Shown in pieces: positions 48,032 to 59,550 of a stretch of DNA of 64,000 bases. Numbering within the stretch: the stretch's first letter is position 1; each line of letters starts with the position of its first letter. The notes beneath the pieces were generated by a model that was given only the letters and a program-made list of their open reading frames with translations, was not told where the DNA came from and ran no database searches. The translations under genes were made by a program, and so were the position numbers. This stretch comes from Nitrosopumilus sp. (lineage in GTDB: Archaea > Thermoproteota > Nitrososphaeria > Nitrososphaerales > Nitrosopumilaceae): the NCBI GenBank assembly GCA_028351415.1, contig JAOMJV010000001.1, positions 40,898-104,897 of the forward strand. The letters run 5' to 3'.

Positions 48032-49320
48032 TATGTTGTAAATTCTGATGCAATTTGATTAAGCATATTTTCTTTAATTTCATTATATTTTTCAGTATTT
48101 CCTGTTATCCACATTGCTTTAACCAATGCAATTTCTGGAATCATGTTTTCAAGAGGTATTATTCCTAAATTTAATAGATCTCTCCCACTTTCGTAAACTG
48201 TCATTCTTACTCTACCGTCTATACATTGAGAAGTCATTCCCATGAAAATTCCTTTTTCATTTGCTATTTTTATTACTGGATACATGTTTTTCCCAATATG
48301 TCCTAACCCTGTACCTTCAAAAATTATTGCTTTACATCCTGAGTCTATTATATTTTTTAACAAATCTGGATTATACCCTGGATGATATTTTACTAGAGCA
48401 ACTTTTTCATTTATTTTTATTTTAGGATTAAATTTATCAATTGTAAAAAAATCTGTTTTCATATTTTTATGAATTTCATTATTTAAAACTAAAAATGCTG
48501 GATCATTACCTATTGTTTGAAATGCACCTCTTTTACTAGTATGATTTTTTCTTACACGTGTACCAATATGACATGCAATTGTTTCATCATTTTCATCTTG
48601 ATGCATTGCTATGTAAACTCCCTTTGTTTTAGATTTAGTGAGAAATTTTATTGCCCCCATTAGATTTAATGCTGCATCTGATGATGCACGATCTGATGAT
48701 CTCTGTGAACCAACTAATACTATAGGTATTGTAAAACCTGCTAGTGAAAAAGATAGATATGATGATGTATAGTGCATGGTATCTGTTCCATGGGCAATAA
48801 TTATTCCTGAATAGTTTGATTCACTGTATTCTTTTATTGTTTCAGCAATTTTTAACCAATGTTCAGGCATAATATTTTCAGAATATTCTGAAAATAGTAC
48901 TTTTGTGTCAATGTTTGCTATTTTAGCAAGTTCTGGAACTGATGAATTTAATTCTTCAGCTGTTAATACTGGTGTAACTGCACCTGTTCTATAATCAATT
49001 TTACTTGCAATTGTACCTCCAGTTGACAATAATAGAATATTTGGTAAATCTTCATTTTTTTCAATTTCTTTATTTTGTTGAATATTTTTTTCTACGTGTG
49101 GGTTTTTTTCTATTTTTTCTATTTTTTCTATTTCTAAACCAATGTTATATCCGCTTTTTAATTTTAAAACAATATGTTTATCATCATTGTGTTCGTATCT
49201 TGGCATCACTATTCCTGAATATGTAATATCTGCCAAAATTTTCACAGAATCTCCAACTAGAATTTTATTTGTTTTAAGAAATAGTAATGAATTTCCATTA
49301 TATCCTGTATATTCTGACAT
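48031..49320 (-). CDS. gatD: Glu-tRNA(Gln) amidotransferase subunit D
   Basis: KLKSGYNIG, STGGTIASKIDYRTG, HGTDT, GSQRSSDR. Confidence 0.97.
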   Translation of the reverse strand: MSEYTGYNGNSLLFLKTNKILVGDSVKILADITYSGIVMPRYEHNDDKHIVLKLKSGYNIGLEIEKIEKIEKNPHVEKNIQQNKEIEKNEDLPNILLLSTGGTIASKIDYRTGAVTPVLTAEELNSSVPELAKIANIDTKVLFSEYSENIMPEHWLKIAETIKEYSESNYSGIIIAHGTDTMHYTSSYLSFSLAGFTIPIVLVGSQRSSDRASSDAALNLMGAIKFLTKSKTKGVYIAMHQDENDETIACHIGTRVRKNHTSKRGAFQTIGNDPAFLVLNNEIHKNMKTDFFTIDKFNPKIKINEKVALVKYHPGYNPDLLKNIIDSGCKAIIFEGTGLGHIGKNMYPVIKIANEKGIFMGMTSQCIDGRVRMTVYESGRDLLNLGIIPLENMIPEIALVKAMWITGNTEKYNEIKENMLNQIASEFTT

Positions 49321-49352
49321 TTATGAGAATTAGACTTGTTATTTTATTAAAA

Positions 49353-51539
<2,187 letters not shown>

Positions 51540-51641
51540 AAAGGAAGAATCCTTAATCTATTTTTTATACCTTTGTGATAACTCTTCCCTGTTCTAGCTA
51601 TACAAAGCTTAAAATCCTCTTTTCTCGTGGAAACGATCAAC

Positions 51642-52376
51642 TTGGGTAAAAGACCATTAGTACGTAGACGAGGCCGTGGAGGTCATCAGTTTAAATCAAC
51701 TGCTACTGGTAAAGTCGGAAAAACTGCTACTTATCCACGTTTTCCACTAGCAGAAAATCATACTGGTGAAATTATAGATTTAATTCATGAGCGGGGAAGA
51801 GAAGCACCGCTATCTAAAGTTAGATTTGAAGATGGTACTGTTTCCTTTATTCCAGCAGTTCTTGGAACTAAAGTAGGCGAATCATTAGAATTTGGATTAA
51901 AATCAAAAATTGAAAAAGGAAATGTCATTAGTGTTCAAAATATCCCTGATGGTACTATTGTTTGTAATATTGAAAGACATTTTGGAGACGGTGGTGCTAT
52001 AGTAAAATCTGCAGGAACTGATGCAACTATTTTCTCACACGGTGATGATGGTGTTACAATTAAACTTCCTTCTGGTAAATTTGCAACTCTTAATCCAAAA
52101 AATAGAGCAATGATAGGTACTCTTTCAGGTGGTGGCGCAACTGAACGTCACTTTATGAGTGCCGGAAACAAATGGCGTAGTTTTAAAGCTAAAGGAAAGA
52201 AATATCCGATTGTTAGAGGTGTTGCACAAGCATCATATGTTCACCCACACGGTGGTGGTAGACATCAACACGTTGGACAAAGTTCTACTGTATCTAGAGA
52301 TGCACCTCCTGGAGCAAAAGTTGGAAGCATTGCCGCTAGAAAAACTGGTAGAGCAAGAATTAAAGAAAGAAAGTAG
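51642..52376 (+). CDS. rpl2: 50S ribosomal protein uL2
   Basis: (M)GKRPLVRRRGRG, HPHGGG, PPGAKVGSIAARKTG. Confidence 0.97.
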   Translation: MGKRPLVRRRGRGGHQFKSTATGKVGKTATYPRFPLAENHTGEIIDLIHERGREAPLSKVRFEDGTVSFIPAVLGTKVGESLEFGLKSKIEKGNVISVQNIPDGTIVCNIERHFGDGGAIVKSAGTDATIFSHGDDGVTIKLPSGKFATLNPKNRAMIGTLSGGGATERHFMSAGNKWRSFKAKGKKYPIVRGVAQASYVHPHGGGRHQHVGQSSTVSRDAPPGAKVGSIAARKTGRARIKERK

Positions 52377-52426
52377 TTTTTCTTTAAAGATAAAATTGAT
52401 TAACGAGTTTCTTAAATTTTCTATCA

Positions 52427-52705
52427 ATGTCTAATCAACGTTTAAGACTTTTTGTAACTGGTAGAGTGCAAGGAGTTTTTTTCCGTCAGAGTCTAAAAGC
52501 TAAATCTATACAAAATAATATTTTTGGATGGGTAAAGAATCTCGAAGATGGTCGTGTTGAATGTATTTTGGAAGGTACTGAAGAAAATATTTCTGTACTT
52601 GTGAAATGGGCTCATAATGGTCCTGCTAATTCAATAGTTGAAAATGTTGAAATTCATGATGAAAAATTTAATAATGAATTTACAAAATTTGATGTTTTGT
52701 ACTAA
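52427..52705 (+). CDS. acyP: Acylphosphatase
   Basis: VTGRVQGVFFR, GWVKNLEDGRVE. Confidence 0.95.
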   Translation: MSNQRLRLFVTGRVQGVFFRQSLKAKSIQNNIFGWVKNLEDGRVECILEGTEENISVLVKWAHNGPANSIVENVEIHDEKFNNEFTKFDVLY

Positions 52706-53034
52706 TGAATATTTTCATATGCTGTTTTGAATAATTCAGTAAATTCTGAAATTGGTTGATCTTTTTTAATTTGAATAGTTTGTATTGGATCTTTTCGACT
52801 TTTTTGAATTTTAATAATAACTCCGTCTCGTTCTGGTTCCACATCAATAAACCATCTAAATGTCATTGATTTGCAAAAAACCACTCTGTGCATTCTAATA
52901 TCTTCTAATACGTTTTCTCCTAATGTGAAACAAAATTCTCTAATTGAATCAAAAAGAGGTAGTACAGTTACTGGAATTTGTTTTTTAAAATCTTCATAAT
53001 TTCTTTTATTTCCAAATGAAATTAGTCCTTCCAT
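52702..53034 (-). CDS. Hypothetical protein (DUF5655-like)
   Basis: LFDSIREFCFTLG...ELFKTAYE pattern. Confidence 0.65.
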   Translation of the reverse strand: MEGLISFGNKRNYEDFKKQIPVTVLPLFDSIREFCFTLGENVLEDIRMHRVVFCKSMTFRWFIDVEPERDGVIIKIQKSRKDPIQTIQIKKDQPISEFTELFKTAYENIH

Positions 53035-53063
53035 ACGGATGTAATTTTAATTTTAATTATAAA

Positions 53064-53379
53064 GGTAGTAGATCCGCTGGTTCCAGTCTAGACAAATAGC
53101 CCCATTTCAAGGCATACAAGATCCGCCACGTAGACGAGGAAGCGTGGATGTCCTACCTTAGGATTGCTCCCTCCCGGACCTCATCCCTTTCGATAGTTCG
53201 GTCTTAGAAGTTATTCCTTCGAATATTTCTAGTCCTGCAACCACCCGCCTCGGCGTGATTTCATTTCCGCACACCAAGTGGGAATTACCCATCTAGAGAT
53301 TTACCCAGCAGTTGCTGATCTCTGCATATAGCCGGTTTCAGAATAGGGCACGGCTAGCACCCCAATCCTACCTACTACC
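53064..53379 (-). ncRNA. ffs: Archaeal SRP (7S) RNA
   Basis: GC-rich, 316 nt; complementary ends GGTAGTAG/CTACTACC; helix 8 GGATGAGGTCC-GGGA-GGGAGCAATCC. Confidence 0.93.
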
Positions 53380-53410
53380 ATTTTTTCTAAGATTGTATGT
53401 TATATTTGCA

Positions 53411-54331
53411 TTAGGTTTGATTTGCTTTTAGTTTTAAAACCATAGTACAAACTGAGCACATATCACCTGTACATTCACTACCACATTTTTCACAATTCTT
53501 TCTTTCTTTACTATTGATATTGGATTTTTTCATTACTTTAGAAACTTTGATAATTGATTGGTACAAATTATTTTTAATTCCACTTCGTTGACTTTCTAAT
53601 GAATTTAAAAATTCACGAATATCTGTTCTTATTCCTTCGTTCATGTGAGGACATGGTTCTGATTGAAATGGCATATCATTTGTAAATGCATAAAATACAA
53701 TTTCAGATTCATATATTTCACAAAGTGGTTTTATTTTTCTTATAGAGTTTGTAGATGTATCTGGATCCATCCATCCTACCTTAGTTGTATCACCTGAAAT
53801 CATATTTATGACAAATGTTTGTAACGTATCGTCTAAATTATGACCTGTAGCAATTACATCTGCTCCGACATCTTTTGCTGCATAATCCATTGCACGTCTT
53901 CTAAATGTTCCACACATTGAACATGATGATGTTTTTTCACTTTCTCTCAAGTCTAATGCTTCATCAAGTGTTAATTCAAAAAGATCTTTGTACGAGTAAA
54001 CTTTATGATCTAGATTTAATTCACTACAAACTTTTTCAACAATCTCTAATGCTTCGTTTCTATATCCTGGAATTCCTTCGTCAATTGTTATTACTTTAAT
54101 TTTAAAACTATGAGTCAATGACATTTCATGCATAATTTTTAGTAATGCTAGTGAATCTTTTCCACCTGATACTGCAACTGCAACCACGTCATTATATTTA
54201 ATCATGTTATATTTTGAAATAGTTTTAGTAGTTTTATGTACGATAGATTTTGAAAAACATTGAGAGCATAATTTTTCACCTGAATATTTTCGTGTATATG
54301 CTGCTTGATTTTCACATCTATCGCAGGTCAT
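53411..54331 (-). CDS. tRNA 2-thiolation protein NcsA/TtuA/Ctu1 family
   Basis: CxxC Zn fingers, AVSGGKDS, CSMCGTFRR, ATGHNLDD, PCPH. Confidence 0.92.
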   Translation of the reverse strand: MTCDRCENQAAYTRKYSGEKLCSQCFSKSIVHKTTKTISKYNMIKYNDVVAVAVSGGKDSLALLKIMHEMSLTHSFKIKVITIDEGIPGYRNEALEIVEKVCSELNLDHKVYSYKDLFELTLDEALDLRESEKTSSCSMCGTFRRRAMDYAAKDVGADVIATGHNLDDTLQTFVINMISGDTTKVGWMDPDTSTNSIRKIKPLCEIYESEIVFYAFTNDMPFQSEPCPHMNEGIRTDIREFLNSLESQRSGIKNNLYQSIIKVSKVMKKSNINSKERKNCEKCGSECTGDMCSVCTMVLKLKANQT

Positions 54332-54373
54332 AATTTTAATAATTATTTTTCATTAATTATTCTTTAGTTAGTT

Positions 54374-55570
54374 TTAGATTGTGAACCAACCAGATTTCAT
54401 ATATGATAGTGCAATATTGAGGCCAAATAGTGCAAATGTAAATGCGTAAATTATCCACATTGTAGCTTTAACTGCTTTATCTGAAAATCTTTTATCGATA
54501 ATAATGTGAATAAATTTTCCACCATCCAATATTGGTAACGGAAGCATGTTGATTATACCTATGAAAAATGAAATCATCCATAACCATAACAAGAACATTG
54601 AAACATTAGGATCATTCCACTCAATGAAATTCATTACCGGCGTATACGCAAATGAATTATCTCTCATAATTCCAATTAATCCTCGTTCAGGATCATCTGG
54701 TGCTGGCATAACTTCTAATCCAAAGTCTAATGGTTGACCATCTCTAAGAACAGATACACTAGCTGTTTCTCCTGGATTCAGGCTGGGAAAATCAGCTGGA
54801 CTAAAAATGGGTTTGTCGTTAATTGTAGTGATTATGTCATTTGCAAGTAACCCTGCTTGTTCAGCTCCTGAATTTTCTATAATTGAAAGTATCAAAACAC
54901 CTTCTGGTAATTCGTAAAATATGCTCAATAGTGGTTCAGGTACTACCATTGCAAAGAATGGATTTGTTAATAATATTGCACCTAAAACAAATGCAAATAA
55001 TACATTTGATGTTGCACCTGCTCCTATTACTCTTAATTTAGAAATCTTTTTTGCTTTCTCAAATTGCTCTTCATCTGGTTCTACAAATCCTGCAAACATC
55101 GCGATAAAAATTGCAAATCCTCCTGTTTTAATTTTAATTTTTTCAAGTGCAGCGACAATTCCGTGTCCTCCTTCATGCATTACAAGTACAATTGGAATTG
55201 AAAGTAAAAAGTACGTAATAGCTGGTGCTGAAGTTAAAGTAATTCCTGGAATTAGTACCGTTAATTCGTTAAATTCTGATTGTGCAACAAAAAAGTTTGA
55301 AACATTATTTAGTAAAAACCAAAATGCAAAACCCATCATAATAAAACCTGCAATTACACTGACATTTGCAAATACCTTGATTCCTCGTTTTGTTCGTCCA
55401 AGAATTCGAATTAAAATATCATTGACGCTTTTATTTTTGTAAACAAGACTGTATGATTTAATCTCAAAACCATATTTTTCTAATTTTAGGGCTTTTGCAG
55501 TTACAAAAATAGCTACCCAAGCCATTAAGACGTAGATTATCGCATTGTCAGTAATAAAATCAAGTTCCAA
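54374..55570 (-). CDS. Site-2 protease (M50) with PDZ domain
   Basis: HEGGH, GFVEPD, NMLPLPILDGG. Confidence 0.93.
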   Translation of the reverse strand: MELDFITDNAIIYVLMAWVAIFVTAKALKLEKYGFEIKSYSLVYKNKSVNDILIRILGRTKRGIKVFANVSVIAGFIMMGFAFWFLLNNVSNFFVAQSEFNELTVLIPGITLTSAPAITYFLLSIPIVLVMHEGGHGIVAALEKIKIKTGGFAIFIAMFAGFVEPDEEQFEKAKKISKLRVIGAGATSNVLFAFVLGAILLTNPFFAMVVPEPLLSIFYELPEGVLILSIIENSGAEQAGLLANDIITTINDKPIFSPADFPSLNPGETASVSVLRDGQPLDFGLEVMPAPDDPERGLIGIMRDNSFAYTPVMNFIEWNDPNVSMFLLWLWMISFFIGIINMLPLPILDGGKFIHIIIDKRFSDKAVKATMWIIYAFTFALFGLNIALSYMKSGWFTI

Positions 55571-55613
55571 ACTAATTGTTAATTTTTTAAAGCACAGGCA
55601 TTTATCGGTTACT

Positions 55614-55925
55614 ATGAAACCTGTATTGATTATCTCTACATATCCTAATAAAAAATCAATTTTAAAAATTGCTAATGATCTTCTAAAAACTAAGATAATA
55701 GCGTGTGTAAATATTTCAAAAATTGACTCAGTTTACTCCTGGAATGGTAAAATCCAAAATTCAGCAGAATACATTGCGATATTCAAAACTATAACAAAAA
55801 ATAAATCCAAACTTAAAAAGAAAATTGCTGAAACTCACCCGTATGATGTTCCAGAAATAGCAGAAATTGATGTTACTTCAATTAATAAATCATATTTGAA
55901 TTGGTTAATAGAATCAACAAACTAA
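55614..55925 (+). CDS. cutA: CutA divalent-cation tolerance protein
   Basis: IACVNI..SVYSWNGKI, HPYDVPEI, YLNW. Confidence 0.93.
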   Translation: MKPVLIISTYPNKKSILKIANDLLKTKIIACVNISKIDSVYSWNGKIQNSAEYIAIFKTITKNKSKLKKKIAETHPYDVPEIAEIDVTSINKSYLNWLIESTN

Positions 55926-56965
55926 GTTTCCAATGAATACCTTAACAAAGAAACTATTCCACCTAATCCTGTAACCCTTAATCCGATATCTGTTGATGAG
56001 TCAACACTATAAATTTTAACTCCTTTATTTTCAACATCGTTTAGAAAATTCATTATTTCTTGTTCGTTATTATCCTGAATTATTTTATCTGAAAATACTA
56101 TTGATTCCACTGCTCCTATTTCATTTGCATTCAAAGTTTCAGTATATCCCATTGTAAATTTCTTACTTTTTTTATTTGCAAGAACCATAATCTCATCAAT
56201 TATTGATGCGGCCTTTGCTAGTTTACTATCTGACATTATTTCGTGCATTGTTTCAGATTTTGTAAATGTATAAATTCCATCTTCTCCACCTGAATCAATT
56301 CCATCAACAACTTGAATTTTATATTTTTGTAATTTTTGAATATGATTTGCAAATCTTTTTTTTGTTTCACCTGGACCAAAAATCACTATCATGTCTTCTT
56401 CCTTGAAAATAGAGGTCATTGCCTGATGTACGTGCTCAAAAAACTTTTGAATATTAAAACTAGTTTTGTATCTCTTTCCACCTGCTCCCGAATAGATATT
56501 TGGCATAAATTCTAAGTGTGTTCCTCTCAATCTTGCAATTCCACAATCTGCCGTATCAATTGCAATTAAAATAAAACTTACTTGATTGTTACTTGATTTC
56601 AAAAGTTTTTTTTCAATTGGTGTCCATTTTTTCTTTGAAATTGTTATTCCATCATTAAGTTGTAAAATGAATGAATGATGTGAACCGTGTGGTACTGATT
56701 CATTACTTGATTCAGAAATTATTCCTCCAATTCTTAATTTATCTAAAACTTCATCTAGTGAAATTTTTTCTACAGTTAATGCAATTCTAATTTTAATTCT
56801 TTCTCCCTTGTCTGGTCTTGCATAATCTTGATCTTTTTTTAAAACTCTTGTTGTATCCCCAATGACTTTATCATTTTCTTTAATTATACGTCGTAAATTT
56901 AATAGATCTTCTGAATCTTCTGGAATAACTGAAATTAAATTTTCGTCTATTGTCTTTGTAATCAT
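55922..56965 (-). CDS. pelA: Ribosome rescue factor pelota
   Basis: PEDSEDL, GSHHS, GPG, GLGGIVSLLRY. Confidence 0.92.
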   Translation of the reverse strand: MITKTIDENLISVIPEDSEDLLNLRRIIKENDKVIGDTTRVLKKDQDYARPDKGERIKIRIALTVEKISLDEVLDKLRIGGIISESSNESVPHGSHHSFILQLNDGITISKKKWTPIEKKLLKSSNNQVSFILIAIDTADCGIARLRGTHLEFMPNIYSGAGGKRYKTSFNIQKFFEHVHQAMTSIFKEEDMIVIFGPGETKKRFANHIQKLQKYKIQVVDGIDSGGEDGIYTFTKSETMHEIMSDSKLAKAASIIDEIMVLANKKSKKFTMGYTETLNANEIGAVESIVFSDKIIQDNNEQEIMNFLNDVENKGVKIYSVDSSTDIGLRVTGLGGIVSLLRYSLET

Positions 56966-56997
56966 GATATTATTATAAATTGCAAAAAGTAAAGTGT

Positions 56998-57414
56998 TTA
57001 CTTTGTTGTTTCAGTGGTTTTTGATTCTTCTGCTTTTTTCTTTAGATAATTTTCAACCCAATCTAAAGTAAGAACTCCTGCTTCTGCCAAGTTTGTTAAA
57101 GAATTTGGAGAAGCTTCACCTGTTACTTTACCTTCCATTTTTCTTATTTGACGCCATTTTAGAGATGTGTTTCCAGTTTTTGAATTATAAATTATTCCAA
57201 GAACATCCCTTGCATTCATAAATGTAATATCTCTAATTTTTTTCAAAGTTACTTTGTCTGCGGCTTCAACGTATATTGCACCCAACTTGTCTTCCCTTTC
57301 TGCAAATACTTCAGCATCTCCTAGATAGTTTTTTGGAGCGTAGGATCTGCAAGTACTAGCGATGATGAATCTTCTAAAACTTTCAAGTGTTGCTGGGGTG
57401 CTGATTGTAACCAT
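56998..57414 (-). CDS. Hypothetical protein
   Basis: 138-aa ORF with host-like codon usage. Confidence 0.8.
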   Translation of the reverse strand: MVTISTPATLESFRRFIIASTCRSYAPKNYLGDAEVFAEREDKLGAIYVEAADKVTLKKIRDITFMNARDVLGIIYNSKTGNTSLKWRQIRKMEGKVTGEASPNSLTNLAEAGVLTLDWVENYLKKKAEESKTTETTK

Positions 57415-57489
57415 TTTGCTTAACTAACTATTGACCATTTATCAATCTTCTTGAAAGACTCAATAGGAATATCTCTAAAAATTGGCTTA

Positions 57490-57548
57490 CAGGCTGTGAT
57501 GATCCCTATCCTTCTGATTAATGATGAGGATCTTGAGTTCTGAGCCTG
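57490..57548 (+). ncRNA. C/D box methylation guide sRNA
   Basis: caggc-t-GTGATGA(C)-tccctatcctt-CTGA(D')-tta-ATGATGA(C')-ggatcttgagtt-CTGA(D)-gcctg with a 5-bp terminal stem. Confidence 0.92.
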
Positions 57549-57585
57549 CCTTATCATTTTAATGCTTGATTTGTATTGCTATTGT

Positions 57586-58005
57586 ATGAAATCCTTAACT
57601 GAATATCTTACTTTTCAAATTAAAACACGAAGAGGGTTTGTCAATATTACTTCTGATATATCAAAACTAGTTTCAAAAAGTAAAATTCAAGAAGGTCTTT
57701 GCCTTGTTAATGCAATGCATATCACTGCAAGTGTTTTCATAAATGATAATGAAAGTGGTTTACATCGTGATTATGAAAAATGGTTAGAACAACTAGCACC
57801 ACATGCACCAATTGAACAGTATGATCATAATAATACGGGTGAGGATAATGCAGATGCTCATTTAAAAAGACAAATTATGGGAAGAGAAGTTGTAGTTGCA
57901 ATTACAAATGGACAACTTGATTTTGGTCCATGGGAACAAATTTTCTATGGGGAATTTGATGGTAAAAGATCAAAAAGAGTTTTAGTTAAAATTATTGGGG
58001 AATAA
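57586..58005 (+). CDS. YjbQ/UPF0047 family protein
   Basis: [37 protein letters not shown]. Confidence 0.92.
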   Translation: MKSLTEYLTFQIKTRRGFVNITSDISKLVSKSKIQEGLCLVNAMHITASVFINDNESGLHRDYEKWLEQLAPHAPIEQYDHNNTGEDNADAHLKRQIMGREVVVAITNGQLDFGPWEQIFYGEFDGKRSKRVLVKIIGE

Positions 58006-58009
58006 TTTT

Positions 58010-58174
58010 TTATCCAAAGTCTGCATCACGTTTTTGACTTTGTGATTCGTTCTTTCTTGCAGCATCTCTAAATTCATTATCGTGATTTTGAGGCCCATGT
58101 CCACATTTTACACATGCAATTTTAAACCCATCATCATTTTTTTCATAAGTTTCACAACCACAGAAACATGCCAT
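58010..58174 (-). CDS. Small Cys/His metal-binding protein, 54 aa (not in ORF track)
   Basis: MACFCGCETYEKNDDGFKIACVKCGHGPQNHDNEFRDAARKNESQSQKRDADFG. Confidence 0.75.
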   Translation of the reverse strand: MACFCGCETYEKNDDGFKIACVKCGHGPQNHDNEFRDAARKNESQSQKRDADFG

Positions 58175-58219
58175 GCTTAATTCACTTTTTTAATCTGATA
58201 TATCTTTTGGTATGTTTTT

Positions 58220-58663
58220 TTATTTACAACATTCGCCCATTGGAATGTCGTGAGTATGTGGACATTTTCTTGGATGTCCTAACATTGTACACAATGCATC
58301 TGTAAATTGTTTATTCATATGATGCTCAATTCCACATACCATCTCTTCATCAATTTTTACTTTTAATGCACTGTCCATCAAGACTTCCAATAGTCTACTA
58401 TTTCGCATCATACTAGAACCAATTTTCTCTCCTTCTTCTGTGAGATTCACTCCTGCTTTGTTGTATTCTACAAGATTTTTAACATTTAATTTTTTTAACA
58501 TTTGAACTACGCTTGGTTGTCTAATGTTGAGCATTTTTGCAATTGTACTAATTTTAACATCTCCGCCACTTTCTTTTATGTGCCAAATTGCTTTAAGATA
58601 CATTTCAACATGTTCTGCTTCTGCAGTTCCAACAAACAGTGTTTCTTCTTCTAATATGTCCAT
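58220..58663 (-). CDS. DtxR/MntR-family metal-dependent regulator
   Basis: EMYLKAIW, PSVVQMLKKL, LTEEG, CGIEH, CPH..IP. Confidence 0.92.
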   Translation of the reverse strand: MDILEEETLFVGTAEAEHVEMYLKAIWHIKESGGDVKISTIAKMLNIRQPSVVQMLKKLNVKNLVEYNKAGVNLTEEGEKIGSSMMRNSRLLEVLMDSALKVKIDEEMVCGIEHHMNKQFTDALCTMLGHPRKCPHTHDIPMGECCK

Positions 58664-58666
58664 ACC

Positions 58667-59434
58667 TTATACCATCTTTGAATCTTTTAATAAATATTCA
58701 AAATATTGACGTGCAAATCCTGCTAAACCTGTATGATCTGCCCAAATTGCAATAACTTCTGAAGAATTTTCATTTGCTACATCTGGACCTAATAAAATTA
58801 CAACATATCTTTTATCTGAAATTATTCCTCCACCGAATAGACCTTTTTTGATTTTAACATCTGCAACTCTTTTAATTGCTATAATTGATTCTTTATCTAT
58901 TTTATCTGATGTAAGAATTGTAATTTTAACTCCTTTATCATGCAGTGCTCTTAATTTTGGTAATGCCTGTTTAACTAATTCAATACCAGCTTCAGGTAGT
59001 GTGATCATTACTTCATTTCTACAATTATCCACCATCTCTAAAATTTTAGCAGTAATGTTAGATGCACCAGACAGTACCCATATGTCTGGTTTTTCACTTG
59101 TTCCACTTTTTTCATACAATGGAACTAGTTCATTTAAAATAATATTTTGATTTTCTAAAAATGTACTTTCCATTTTTTGTTTTGTACTTTCTACCCCTGT
59201 TGATGGTGATTTTGCCAAATATTTTGTTGGTCTTGAATCATCAGAACCAATCCATCCTTTTTCTTCTAAACTTCCCAACACTTCATAGATTTTTGAATAT
59301 GGTACACCTGATTTTTGACTAATATCTGATGCTGTTATCTCTCCTGATCTTAATAATTCTGAAAATGTTTTGATTTCATAACTTGTGAGGCCAATTTTTT
59401 CTAATGATTTTTTTGTCTTATCTGATATGCTCAT
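58667..59434 (-). CDS. TrmB-family transcriptional regulator
   Basis: GLTSYE, SGVPYSKIYEVLGSLEEKGW, RPTKY. Confidence 0.92.
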   Translation of the reverse strand: MSISDKTKKSLEKIGLTSYEIKTFSELLRSGEITASDISQKSGVPYSKIYEVLGSLEEKGWIGSDDSRPTKYLAKSPSTGVESTKQKMESTFLENQNIILNELVPLYEKSGTSEKPDIWVLSGASNITAKILEMVDNCRNEVMITLPEAGIELVKQALPKLRALHDKGVKITILTSDKIDKESIIAIKRVADVKIKKGLFGGGIISDKRYVVILLGPDVANENSSEVIAIWADHTGLAGFARQYFEYLLKDSKMV

Positions 59435-59550
59435 GCGATCTTATCGATTATTTTTGATATTTAAACCCCTCATGACTATCTACTAAATTTACAACGGGGG
59501 TTAGTGTCAAACAGAATATATACTGTTTTTGGAATATTCAATATACAACC

